DNA of 62,610 nt, filler included, from Hausera hauseri (Eukaryota), in assembly GCA_046269625.1 (NCBI GenBank). It is 10 parts of 10 records of this genome, joined end to end, with 100 filler letters (N's around TTAATTAATTAA, not from the genome) between each part and the next. Parts side by side here need not be neighbours in the genome. Positions count along the whole stretch, not along the records: positions 44,231 to 51,592 come from JBJURY010019121.1; positions 51,693 to 57,563 come from JBJURY010176861.1; positions 57,664 to 62,610 come from JBJURY010383369.1; 7 more parts are not named here. The stretch is one strand, 5' to 3'. Of this stretch, positions 47,790-60,499 are shown piece after piece. Each line of letters begins with the position of its first letter. Positions within the stretch are counted from its first letter, which is position 1. The notes beneath the pieces were generated by a model. It did not search any database. It had not been told where the DNA came from and saw only the letters and a program-made list of their open reading frames with translations. The position numbers were made by a program, and so were the translations under genes.

Positions 47790-49088
47790 TAGACCAATGT
47801 ATAATGTACAAATAGTCCTGGCCATATCGTTAATCTCTTCGTATATACCCACAGTAAAATCGATCGCTCAAACCGAAAAACAAAAGGATATCCGAAACTT
47901 ACAGTCACTTAGAGTATGCGATATGGATTGGAGAAAACCATGTCATGGTTTGAAGCAAGCGAGCCTATTCGGAGTCGCGTGAAATTTCAATTAATATTTG
48001 TAACCAGGGACATGATGAAAACGTGCGATTTTCCGTACGGAGTTCATAGGAAATGTTGCAGTTTGGATTTTGGACAAACCTACAAATACGGATTTCAAAT
48101 GTTTTATTCTTATCAGTTTGGGGCTCGAGCCTACATAAGTAGGGAACTGTCAATAAGAATGCCCCAACAATAGGACGCAAATCAAGCTAAGACAGACAAA
48201 ATAAATCGAAGCACAGATCCAGTTAATAGGCTCTTAGATTACAACATTATTGGGATTCACAAGGACTTGAAGAACCAGTGTATTCGAATTGAGACCAAAA
48301 TCTGACTGCCAGGAGACAAAGAAATTTCTGTCCAGTTTACACCGCTGAACACTTCTATTCCTAAACCAGAGTATTGTTCATTGGCCAAACGACGTCATAC
48401 TGTGTGCTGTGTACTGATAATAGGACAAGAGTATCGGTTGCAATTCGATTTGTACGATACATATCCAGGAGAACCAAGTATCTATTTAAGAGGATACCGT
48501 CCAAAGGTCGAAATATGGAGGCTTCCATTCCCGACCACTACGAGAAAACCGTCTACTGCTCCGAGTACAACTCGCATTACCATAATCGTCACTTTGGTCA
48601 AAATGCCGGGAAACATACCGGTTAAAATTTTATCAAAAAGTGATAAAATTCTATTTTTCGCTAAAGAGATGTCGAATCAAGATGTCAAAATTAAATGTCA
48701 TACCCTGCACACTAACCAAGTTGTGATCCTGAGAAAGAATAGCCAGGAAACTGAATGCAGGTCATTACGGCTGCAACATGACTATATAATTAGAATTACT
48801 GCAAAGGGTAAGAACCCTAAAACTTTTACAGTACGAAATCTTGGCAATAAATTTGAAGTAATGCCGTATAAAGATATCAGTACTGAAAATGTGTTTACCA
48901 CGGAAAGTTTTATCGAGCCGAATAATTTACCGATAATAGCTATATTTAGTTTGTCAATTTTAGTTCTTATCATATTAACAGCGATGAATTTTCTAGTTTT
49001 CAAAAATTGTAATAAGCGCTGTAGAAATCGGAAGTGAGGTAAATGGATAAAAGGGCACCAAGACAGACTTTATGATAGCATAAACTAA
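47790..49088 (+). pseudogene. Surface-protein extension of copy C
   Basis: IVLAISLISSYIP, TCDFPYGVHRKCCSLDFGQTY, VCCVL..GQEYRLQFDLY, T/P-rich stalk, CRSLRLQHDYIIRITA, TM IIAIFSLSILVLIILTAMNFLVF. Confidence 0.85.
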
Positions 49089-49182
49089 CAACTACAGATC
49101 GGGTTATCCTATCGTCGGACAGAGAAAGATGTTTGTTTCCAAACGGTGATTTGTCTTAGGATTAACCTTTTTTTTATTTTAG

Positions 49183-51592
49183 CAGAGTAAGTATGGCCGA
49201 GAAGGCGAAGAATACAGCAGTCAGTTCCAATTTCGATATCGATGATTTCTTCCAGCAACACGTCACTGTTCTGAAACCACTGTCCAAAAGTTTATACCGA
49301 CAAATTGGAGAAAACCTAAAAATCCAGAACTATCTAGAGTTCAACCAAGAGAGTAAAATACCAAGCGGACTAAAATGGGGCTTAGAGGAGAATCGACTGG
49401 TCCGATTATATACCATGAGAAATCCCAAGGATGCACGGACATGCCTTTTAAGAAATCTAATTCCATATGAGCCGACACATCAGCAATTGTACGTACATGT
49501 CACTCATGGAGAAATTCAATACAGGATCGTAGAACAATCCTGAAGTACGCAAAAAGGGCAGCAGTGGAAGTTTAGTACTTATGAGCTATGTTGCTATAGC
49601 CTCATGAATTATGCTTTGTAATTTAGGATCGCGGACCTTCCGACCAAAATCATGATCGAGATGAAGTGTCGAACAGACATAATGAAGCCGCTACCACCGT
49701 TATTATATGTACAGAAACTATTGGAAGACGAGATAGATTAGAATGGAGAATCCTACAGATTAGTTTCAGACGGTAGAAACATCAGAATATTGACCGTGAA
49801 CTATGGAAAAAAAGATAAAAGATGGAATGCTCCAATTGAGGTCTCTATCAGAAATATTAATGGAGAAGAGATCCTAAATAAAATAATAGCGCCTGAAGTT
49901 AGAATAAAGAACAGTTTTCCCCATGTCACACGAATTACGAAAGTTCAGCTTGAAAAAGGAAAGGATTTTTTGGAGCTCCAAAAAGTTATAAGCCATTGCT
50001 TATATGGTTACGTTGTTACCGGATTCCGAATGCACGAAGCGCTGGAGTGACTAGGAATTAGGCAAGAATACATAGCCGGAATTCGAGAAGTGAGCCGGAA
50101 CCCAGCCGTTGTGAGCCAAGTAGAAAATACTTTGATGCGGAAAAGATGTTGTCTGCTTCCCTCCTCAGCATCCAGCGAATCGCAATTTAAAATGATGCTA
50201 GAAGCCATGAATGGCGAACGATTCAAATTCCCTAAGCTGATGACAGCAAGTCAACGGACCAAATTTATAAAGGACATCTATGATAATTTACGGTGGAATC
50301 ACGAATGGAAACCCAAAAATCCCATACAGAATGCGATATCTGACAACATCCCCAAGGCACTGATACAAAAATTTCGAAAAGGGTTTAGTGAATACCCGGG
50401 GTATAGACAGATCGAACCCTAAGGATACAATCGACTTCTAGTAACAATCCATAACAATCCAATGGAAGCCCAAAACAACCGACAGAAACAATCAACCAGT
50501 AAGGCCCAAGAAGAAAAGGCAGTAAAATCCGATAATTTAGAAAACCCGAGAAGACAAAAGACGAAAACTTCCTTCCTAGAATACATTAGTAAAAAAAAAG
50601 CAAGACCAGTAAAAGACCAATAGACGAAAATAAGGTAGCGACAGATAGCAAAATCCCGGAAGAACCCACAAATGATACAAAGGAAATATCGAACAAACGC
50701 GAAACAAAAGAAAATAACAAAAATCAATTATGAATTACCAAAACCGGATCCATTAAGACGGAAGTTAATGTTCTTCGGAAAAACGGGGAAGAAGACACCC
50801 CAATTATCGTTACAGAATTTGGTCAAGTGAAAGAATATAAAAGAATTCTGGTCATGGTCAAGTATTATAGCAAAGGGAAAATTAAAGAGGCTATATTTTA
50901 CGTGTCTACTGTCCCTATAAGGATAATCAGTGGAAATGGATATGCCAGAGAAGATCGCACTATCGGCAGATACCTAGCCCCTGTATTCTAATCAAAGAGT
51001 GGCACCAACAGACTAACGATTCCTGTGGATACCCAAGTTAGAATTTAATTAAAAAGACAATACAAGAAGACTGGAATACCCGATCTGGATCAACAAGAAA
51101 TAGTCGAATGGACCTTAGTCGCGGTATCCGACGATCCGAGAAAAAGCTCGATAGACCCCAATCAAAAGAGATTGTACGGATACTTGTATCAAGACAAAAA
51201 GGACTGGCATTTGAAAGAATAGAAGTGGACGAAAACCTTGTGGACATTGATGCAGCTGAAAAAGCAGAGTGTTCCCATGTGACGCAGATCTTTATCAAGG
51301 ATTTGTGGTGCTAGACAACAAAGACTGCAGTCACAAATATTTTGCCGCTACTCTTTGGAAACGTGGACCCTGAAAAATGGGAAAATGACCTGCCCAGTAT
51401 GCAGAGCTGAAGCTACCAGGCTCAAATACTACTCAAATGGAGAAAATAAGAAGATAGTAGAGATACTACCCGAACAGGCCACTACATCCTATCATATTGA
51501 CTTGCAATCACAGTCGAATGAATCGGATTCGGAAGCGTACTTACGCGGACGAATGGACCAATTACGCCGATTTCCCGGCATCTCTACTGACG
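49183..51592 (+). pseudogene. Pseudo-exonuclease/RING accessory ORF of copy C
   Basis: IDDFFQQH..L.P.SK.LYR.I, LTVNYG..PIEVSIR..NGEEI, HCLYG, KLMTASQR, WNHEWKPKNPI, LDNKDCSHKY..WTLKNGKMTCPVCRAEA all match ORF 24838..27180. Confidence 0.9.
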
Positions 51593-51692
51593 NNNNNNNN
51601 NNNNNNNNNNNNNNNNNNNNNNNNNNNNNNNNNNNNTTAATTAATTAANNNNNNNNNNNNNNNNNNNNNNNNNNNNNNNNNNNNNNNNNNNN

Positions 51693-54600
51693 GGAACCGG
51701 AGAAAATGTAGTAGGAGTAGAGTCAGGAGCAGAAACAGAAGGAAATGTAGGAGTCAGAAAATTTGTCGACGTTTCAGTTGGAGAGGTGTCATCCACAAAA
51801 AAGGCGGGTTTCACATTATTTATATGGACTGCTAATTCCTTTCCGTCCTTAAGAATTATCGCGTTGTGGGAGTGCAGTTGAATTAGCTTATAGGGTCCTA
51901 GATACTGCGGTTGAAACCCACAAGGTGTTTGATTACGTAACCAAACGAACTTTGCAGAATACAAATTGTCGGGCAAATACGTTTTATTGTTATGTAGTAT
52001 TCTACAGAACGAGTCTTTACTGACTTCAATGAAATGGTCCTGTGCTGCTTTGATCTTTTCATCTGTAGGCATATTATCTAGTGCGGTTAACTCGAACAAT
52101 GAGCGAACAGGTGTTCCAAATAATGCTTCGGTAGGTGAGCATCCTGTGGAAGTGGATGGCGTGTTCCGCCAACCAAGCAGAACCAAAGGAAGAAGAACAG
52201 TCCAACTACTGTTGGATTCAGCGAGAAATTTTAACGACGTTTTCAGGGTTCTGTGGAATCTCTCAATAAGACCGTTCGATTGGGGATGATAAGGCGTAAT
52301 GTGTATATGACGGATTTCCAATCTACTGACAAGTGATTTGAATAGGTTGGACTCGAATTGGGGGCCTTGGTCCGAAATGATAAATCTAGGAGATCCAAAC
52401 CTGCTGATCCAAGTGCGGATGAAAACTTCGGCTATAGTATCCGTGTTAGTGCTATAGGGATAGCTTCTGGCCAACGTGAGGCGCGATCCATCATGGTCAA
52501 AATGAATTGATGACCGTTGTCTAGATGAAGAGGACTGACGATATCTATATGTACTGACTCAAAACGTGATGTACAAGGGAAATGATATAGTGGTGGCTTT
52601 AGATGGTTGGTAATTTTAGATTTTTGGCAAGCCACGCACTCCTTAACCCATGCTTGCACATCGGAACGCATTGTCGGCCATATTACTTGCCGGTGGAGTA
52701 GGCGAAAAGTTGCCTTAGCACCAGGATGATGTAGTGAATGTACGCTGTTAAACGCTTGCTGTTGTAAAGGTGGTGCGAGAATTATTACGGAATGGCCTGT
52801 TTTGGAAGTGTCGAAAGCTCCGCCGTCAATGATGTTGTAAGATCGGAGAGATTTAAGCATGTCTGAAGGTGGTTGATTTTCTTGCAGCTGATCTTATGTG
52901 AATATAGGTTTAAAATTGATTGAGCTAACAGATCTTGAAAGGAAATCGGCAACTAACTTGTTTACACCGTTAATGTGTTTTATCTTAAAACTGAACGTCG
53001 AAAAGTATGAAATTTGACGTTCCTGTCCACATGATGGGTATTTCATCGTAATGACCTTGATTAAAGGTTTCTGATCGGTCTGTATGATGAAACATCGAGC
53101 AGTTAGTAAATGTGAAAAGTGTTTTAAAGCAAGAACTATCGCTAGTAGTTCTCGGTCGAACGTGGAGTATCTAGTTTCGGGAGGTGTTAACTTGCGTGAA
53201 AAAAATTCCAAAGGCTGGTTCTCACCCTTATAGATTTGATGAAGTACGGCGCCCACAGCGGTGGTGGAGGCGTCTGTAGTGAGGATCAGCTGTGCATCAT
53301 GCTTGGGAAAAGCTAATATTTCCACAGTTTTTAAACCTTCTCTTAGCTTTTCGAATTTGTTTACAAGTTCAGGAGTCCATTGTATTGGTTGGTGTTTTTT
53401 TCCACCACTAAGGTGAGCAAAATGTGCGGTAAGTTCAGAGCAGTGTGGCATGTACTTGTGGACGAAATGCAAAGTGCCCAAAAAGCTCCTAATTTCTGAT
53501 GTTGTACGAGGTAGATCCACGTTTTTTAAGGCTTCAACTCGGTCAGACTGAGGCGAGTGACCTTCGGCAGAAACAATGTAGCCAAGAAAATGTATGCGCT
53601 TCTGGAAAAAATGATATTTGGCGAAATTTATCTGCAGGTTATGCTGGTGTAAGCATTGAAAGATTGATCTGAGGTGTTCTTTATGTTGTTTGGTTGAGGA
53701 AGAAACAATTAATACGTCATCGATATAAGGATGAGCATATGGAAAATCGGAAAGGGTAGTATCGATGTGGCGTTGGAAAGTCTGCGCAGCATTCCGTAAG
53801 CCAAAATGCATGTACAGTTATCCGTATAGGCCAAAAGGAGTAGTGACGGCTGTTTTTTCGATATCCTCGGGTGCCACAGGAATTTGATGGTAGGCTTTGG
53901 ATAAATCAATGGTGGAATAAATGGCAGTCGAGTGGAGATGGCGTCAGATATCCTTAATGAGTGGCAACGGATATGCATCCATTATTGTCAAAGTGTTCAA
54001 CTGACGGTAATCACTACATGGTCGAAAAGTTCCGACCTTCTTTTGTACGACATGTAGTGGTGACGACCATGGTGATTTGGAGCGACGTACAATTCCGGAA
54101 CGTTCTAGTTCTAGAAATTCGGCTTCAACTGCCTGTCTTCGACGAGGAGATAAAGGACACACCTTTTGGCGGATAGGTCTTTGATGTTGTGTCACAATGT
54201 GGTGAAAAGTGGTATTTGCTGGTGTAAAAGACGTATCTTTTTAAATAACTCTAGAACAAGATACGTGGATGAATTGCTGCAGGCTTGCAGGTAGTTGTGA
54301 AAAGTTTGCTGGCAGCGAGGAGGTCTTACCGGTAACTTTGGCGGTATCAGTAACAGTAGCAATTCAGACGTTATTTGGTGGTCGAGAATAAAGTGGTATT
54401 CGATGCAAGATGGTAGTATTGAAGATGGTATTGTAGTTTGTAGTTTTATCGAAGGATTTGGCAGTGGTAACAAAATCACCTTCATCGCTGTGCAAACCCC
54501 AATCGTCAATAACATTGTTCTTTAGTGATTTATAAAACAAGGTGACATGGTTGTAAGGAAAAGGTTTGTTTAACGATTTTTTAATATCGGCTTTTGAGCT

Positions 54601-55980
54601 GCATTCACCCCTACGACAGCCGAAATTGTATCGTCGTGATCGAATCGCTTCTTATTGCTAGCACCTGTTAAGCAACATCGTTTGCAATCGACAAGGAGGT
54701 TATAATAAGAAAGTAAATCGGATTCTAAAATGGCTGTTTGGACATTTGCGACGGTAAATGCCCAGTGGAACGTTTGAGTAAATTTCGGAAGGATAAAAGA
54801 AAGCTTACATGTACCGGAAACATGTAGTAGTTGTCGCGAAGCTTTAAATAAAGTTTTAATTTTGGATGAAGTGTGTTGAGTTGGAAAGGTGAGCGGTAGT
54901 AAAAAAATCGCTGCGCCTGAATCGATAAGAAAATGTATGTGTTGAAGTGTCGGTGCGATAGTGGAGGCTTTTAATGTGAACACGGCGAAAGAAAATTTTC
55001 GGCTATTAGGAAGTGAAGAGTGGCCTTCGCCAGTGCTCGCCGAAAATTCTGGCGGCGAAGTTAGTTTTTTGAAAACGGGAAACCTGAGCGACTGTTAGAA
55101 ACGAAAGTTGTGCGTTCGTCATTTGCATGGTGGGGTTTGTTTTTAAACGTGCAACCTGGAATGCATTTGCGTGCATTATGTCTGAATTTTAAATGATATA
55201 TGCAAATGACGTTGTCCGTATGGTATCTTTGATCATAAAATTTGCACCATAGTTGGCAATTTTTGTGCGCTACTATCAAACTTACCGTGGTAATAGCAAA
55301 TCAGTGATCGTTCAGGTGAAGGTGAACGACCACGAGATACTGAACGGTTACGGTCACGTAAAAAACCCTCACGCCGAGTCAATGAAATCTTGTTCAGTTT
55401 ATTGTTGATGGTGTTGATTGCGTGTTGTAGTGCCTCATTTTCGGCACGTAAATGATTCAACTGGTGCTTAATAGAAGTATGTTGTTGATTGTCATCGGTC
55501 CTAATAGCGGCTGATATGATGGGTTGTAATTGGATTTGTAAGACTTCGTGTGTTTTATCTGCCAATTCAGACAGTTTATCTAAGGCTGTAGAATCTTCAA
55601 CAACGGTAAGTAAAGCCCTAATTTGAATGGGTAAGGCATTAAGGAAATATTGTCGAAGTAGATCCGGATTGTGTTCCTTGGTGACGCCTAGAGTACGTAA
55701 GTGAGCCAACGAAGTGCGTAGGAAATCGCTAGATTTTTGTGTCCCCATTGCGTTTTCGTTAACGAAGCGCTGCATTATCGAATCAATTGATGGTTCTGTC
55801 TGTTTTAACACAGCATCGAACAGTTGGGTACAAGGGTCAGAGTGTTGAAAGATGTCCAGTAAGTTGTGGATTGAGGCCTTTATAGAATTTGGTAGAAGGT
55901 AAATTAGATTATGGGCTTTGGATAACAAGTCTGTAATACCGTTGGACTGTAACCAGAGTTGATGGAAGTGGAGCCAAGTT
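51693..55980 (-). mobile_element. Decayed CsRn1-type Ty3/gypsy element: gag (55061-55980), PR (54570-54983), RT-RNase H (52894-54200), IN (51693-52860)
   Basis: FLNALP, ICYYHGKF and CIYHLKF..ARKCIPGC (gag); FLIDSGA; PWSSPLH, FGLRNAAQTFQR, YIDD, TDAS, DRELL; HSLHHPG..CVAC, SDQG, YHPQSNGLIERFH, GPY. Confidence 0.92.
55025..55070 (-). promoter_or_regulatory. Candidate -1 frameshift signal at the gag end (A AAA AAC plus downstream structure)
   Basis: The minus strand reads TCA AAA AAC TAA CTTCGCCGCCAGAATTTTCGGCGAGCACTGGCGAAG. CTTCGCC can pair with GGCGAAG, or TCGCCG/CGGCGA plus CCAG/CTGG can form a pseudoknot. Confidence 0.65.
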
Positions 55981-57663
55981 TTTTTAGACCTCTCATTGTC
56001 TATAAAATATTCAGAATTTGTATCGGTTGAAGTAGGTGGATGGTTGATTTGGGGTAGTAGAGAATGGATTTCGGTTTTGTGGTCACCTTATCGGTGATAT
56101 CACTGGTTGATGGAGAAATACTGCTGCGGATTCTAGGGTTGATATGTATACACAGATAGTTATGAGAGGCCATGATGTGTGGAAGGTCGACTAAAATGAA
56201 ATCGTTGTGAGTCAGATAGAAATCGCTGTAGGCAGAGGTATTATGAATGATACCGTATAGTTGTGATGTTTCGATACGTTGTCTGATACGTACTATTTGT
56301 ATTAGATTATTATTAACATAAAAGTAGAGGTGAAATAATGGTGATGTACTGTAAACCGGGTCGTGTGATATATCGATGTGATCCTTTGAAGGTAAGACAG
56401 TTGCTGTGTCTGTTGAAGAATATGTCCAGTCTGTGGACTCACTATGGTTAATGGATCTATTGCTTCTATAAGTGATGCACGTTGAAAGAATTTGACAATA
56501 ACTAAAAAAATTCGGATCCTGTTTACAATCAGAAGCTCTAGGCAGGTAATCGCTATCATCAGAAGAAAAAGTCAGGCTGGCTTTGCTATAATGTGCCTTG
56601 ATTCCACCTCGTTTCATTGCAGATATATTAATCTATGTAAAGTCATCAGTGTCGGATTTTGTAGGTATACAGGATAATCAGTTATTGCTATCTCTTTTGT
56701 GCACGGTAATATGCAACATAGTATACGCGGCTGTAGTAATGAACGATAAGATAGCAAACTTTTATGAGGTGAATGGACAGGAAAGATGACATAAAAAGAA
56801 AACTTTAAGTAAATGAATCTTAAGCAACGACTGCAAAGGTGGGCTATGTGGCAAAGGGGTGAAGTTGTGCCAACAGCGAACATGTCAAGAATAAAAACGT
56901 TTGAAAAAAAAAACAAGAAAAAGGGATCGCTACTGAGAAATGAATTAAAAAAATGGTTGCGTAACGAATAATAAGTAATTAAAAATCCTACCTCATCGTG
57001 CATTGGTCTCTCCACGGTTGGCAGTAACGTTCTGTGCCCTGGGCACGGCAGATCAACTTTTCCATATCGTGTCGTCTTGTGAGCGGTCTGAATACACAAT
57101 GACTTTGTCAGAGAACCCGCCAGTTTGTAATATGTTGTCTACTTTCATCGAAATTTTTCTGCTTGGCGCCATTTGACAGACGTCTATAATCAAACATTTT
57201 GGTTGCAATTAAATGATTCGACGATTCCGCGTAATAACGGAGTCGATTCTGAAACGATGGATATTTCTTAGATGGATCCAAATCGATTTTTCGGGTCTCC
57301 ACACAAAAAACAGACACAATGAGTCTTATCTTTGCAGATTCGTATCTGTTTACCAGCCGGTTCAATTCTATCGTTAAGAACTGTTGGCAGTAATGTGATT
57401 GTCATAAATTGATGATCAGTAAAAGGTGATTGGGTTAACCGTTCTTCGAAATACAGGGTGGTTTCTGTTTTGAGCGCCGACCAATACTTTTGGATAATAC
57501 GATTACTGTCCATTTCATGCACTATTTCACAAAACCGACAACGATAACTGTCTTGTTTAATGTNNNNNNNNNNNNNNNNNNNNNNNNNNNNNNNNNNNNN
57601 NNNNNNNTTAATTAATTAANNNNNNNNNNNNNNNNNNNNNNNNNNNNNNNNNNNNNNNNNNNN

Positions 57664-60475
57664 ATCAAAAATCCTCAATTCGGAAGCGTTCCATCGAGAA
57701 TTGAATAAAATTCTCGATCAGCAATTGAGAGAGGGAGCCACATGCGGTGGCAAGGCAGGATCGGGCAATGAGGCTGCTGCAGCGACTGCTCTGTTGGAAA
57801 TATCGAATTTACTCGTGCCACAGGCCCGATTGGGATGTTCTGTGTTCAACAGGGGTGCTACGATGCCGATTATTCCGATAAACGACATGCGAGTGACCGA
57901 CAAACACGTCAGCAAGGCCGAACGGTTATTGAGATGCAAATTAGCTTCGGTTTATCGATTGATTGATTTGCACGGATGGGCAACGGGGATGATCATGCAT
58001 GGATCGGTGAGAATTGGTTCCAGTGAAGATGAGTTTCTTGTGGGGGGACACGGACTGATGAATCATGAAGTGACGGCTCGCAGTTTGTTGCTGGTGAATA
58101 TCAATGGTAATCAGTTATTGTTTAATATTGTGTAATAATGTGTGTACGCGTGTGTTGGATAAGTGGATGAGTCAGTGTGCATGTCAGACACGTGTTTGTT
58201 TACTGTTGTCATTGAATTGCAGGTGAGACTGATGACGAAAATGGACGTATTGACCTAGCCGCATGGGTTCTCCATTCAGCAATTCACATGGCTGACCAGT
58301 CGTATCGATGCGTTCTGCATGTCCGTACACCAGCAGTCATTGCGGTACTGACTAATTCATTCACTCAATCATTGAACACCGCAGGTTTCGTGCATGAAAA
58401 ATGGACTCATTCCAATCTGTGAGGAGGCCGCCATGTTGGGTTATGTGCCAATTTACGAATGGGGTGCAGCCAGTGAAGGTGGTGCCGACTGGACTGAACG
58501 ACTGCAATTGGAAAGATCGGCACTCGGCACATCATTGGGAAATAGTAAATGTGTTTTAGTGCGTAATGAGGGACTGCTCGTCCGTGGGAAATCTGTTGAG
58601 GATGCGTGGAATGTGTTGAGTTTGGCTGTACATTCGTGTGAAACACAAGTTCGATTGGCATCGAGTATTGGGTCGAGTAACGTACAGACTTTGCCACCGA
58701 CTGTGCAAGTTAATGACGAATTGGACATGCCGGCTGATTTGCGGTTTGAGGCACTGATGCGTGCGTTGGATGCAACTGGCTACCGTACGGGTTATTTGTT
58801 CCGTCATGCAGCGGTGCTGGCTGATCAGCGACAACAGCCTGGTGGATTACAGCAGCAACTGTCGTATGGGGATGATGGGAATTTGGCGGATATGGAGGAT
58901 GATGATGAGGATGTGGAGATTCCTCCTTCGGCAACGTCCTTTTCTATCCGTGCTGATGGGTTTGTTAATTTTATGTCTAATTTAAATTCCAATTAATTAA
59001 TTGGAATTTAATTAATAATTTATTGTAGAATAATGCATTAATTCGTTGAAATTTCGTTATCTTTACAATTGGCACACGTTGACAGAGACGATACAACCGG
59101 CAAACCACGTGGACCACAACCCCAATGGCTGCTCAACATGCCCAATGACTACGTTCGTGAAGAAGTCCAGGAACCGGGTCCGCAGACTGGCCGAAAGACT
59201 GTCGTATGGCGAGCAGTCAGTGCCGACCAACGCCAAACCAGTGGCCTTGTGGAGGCTTGCAAATCCCCAAATCAATTTGCACCGCAAGGCCGTGATCCAA
59301 ATGAATTTCGTCAGCAGCAACGGAAAGTCAAAGCGAAATATTTTAAGGACGAAACATCAGCGGGACATCAGTCGAAAGTTTTACGAGATCTGGACAAAAC
59401 AGAGGCTCCACCGGGCGATGCCGATGCAGCAACTCGTGTCGTGTTGGTGGGTGCAGTTAGTAAAGGAATCATCGACAAACGTCATCGTAATGATCCCAGT
59501 GTTTATCAGAGTTGTTTCTCACCAAATCCGTTTGATCGAATGACGGATAGTGATTTGCGTCAGTATGAACGTCAGGTGTACGGATTGGGTTTGGATGAAG
59601 GACACGAGGATGTGGGTGGAATAGCGTTGCCAGGTACGTGGTAATTTGAATTTATAATTTTGGTAGTTTTTGATTTGATTATTTTACATTTAATTAAATA
59701 ATTTAATTAATTAATTAATTAATATTCATAAATTTAATTAAATAATTTAATTAATTAATTAATATTCATAAATTTAATTAAATAGTTTAATTAATTAATT
59801 ATTTATTTATTTACTTAAAATTTAATTAAATAGTTTAAATAATTAATTATTTAAAATTTAATTAAATAATTTAATTTAATAATTTAATTAATTAATTAAA
59901 ATTAATTAATTGATTTAATTAAAAAGTTAATAGCATGAAATTTCCATTGCAACGCCGTCATTTGTGACGTATTAAGGTGTAAACATTACGATTCCATCTG
60001 ATGGAGCAGCAACGGCAACATTATCATCAAGTTAAATGAAACAAGGTAAGTTGTATGCATACATGCCCTCATTTTGTCCCCCCCGTCCTCCCGTCCTCCC
60101 GTCATTATTGTGCATGATAAAATTGTTACATTGCAGATGACAATGAAATGATAATGACTGCAGCACGTTCTGTGCATGAACAACAATCAATGGGCATTGG
60201 TAAGTGGCAACAATTTGCATGACATAAAATATGACATTGGGCATACAAAACGGGGACATTTTTATTGTTATTTAGAAATTACACCTGCTCCATCATCATT
60301 GAGTCCATCTGCTGCAGTAGCCATTGACACCATCAGATCAGATACGAGTGGTGCTGACATGAGTCATGACGATACTGAAAAGGAGGGACAAAAGGCAGCC
60401 ACTGATAAATCTGCTGGCAAAAAGAAGAAAAAGAAATTGAAGGAAATGTTCTCTTTCCGCAAATCGAAAAAATGA
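57664..60475 (+). CDS. add: Adducin (hts/add-1 family), 5' truncated; exons <57664-58106, 58223-58344, 58385-58959, 59086-59633, 60137-60199, 60276-60475
   Basis: ILNSEAFHREL, IIPIND, ERLLRCKLASVYRLIDLHGW, LHSAIH, FEALMRALDATGYRTGY, DVEIPP, WLLNMPNDY, PNQFAP..PNEF, SKGII, PNPF, and a MARCKS-like end KKKKKKLKEMFSFRKSKK. The GT-AG introns listed keep the frame; the 59086 acceptor and the 63-nt exon are less certain. Confidence 0.92.
59686..59930. repeat. Intronic, nearly pure A/T TTAA/TTAATTAA-based repeat
   Basis: Direct reading; includes tandem copies of aattaattaatattcataaatttaattaaata. Confidence 0.9.
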
Positions 60476-60499
60476 CCGCCGAATGTCTTGCGGTTGTGT

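Larger units (their letters stand above)
44231..51592 (+). mobile_element. Ty3/gypsy-type retroelement, family copy C (decayed): PR-RT-RNase H-IN-surface protein, then pseudo-exonuclease/RING ORF
   Basis: Collinear with copy A (PR to extension) and copy B (RT to RING), with many stops and frameshifts. Confidence 0.93.

Noticed and set aside
56000-57563. ORFs 56000..56617, 56614..57099, 57268..57522 and a possible LTR/PBS of the contig 9 element
   Set aside because: No recognisable protein motifs. GGTGACC near 56081 is PBS-like but lacks the TGG start and a clear LTR boundary.
59977-60046. Extra adducin exon ending at the gtaag near 60046
   Set aside because: With the nearest acceptor and the incoming phase it reads into a stop. 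The model closes without it.
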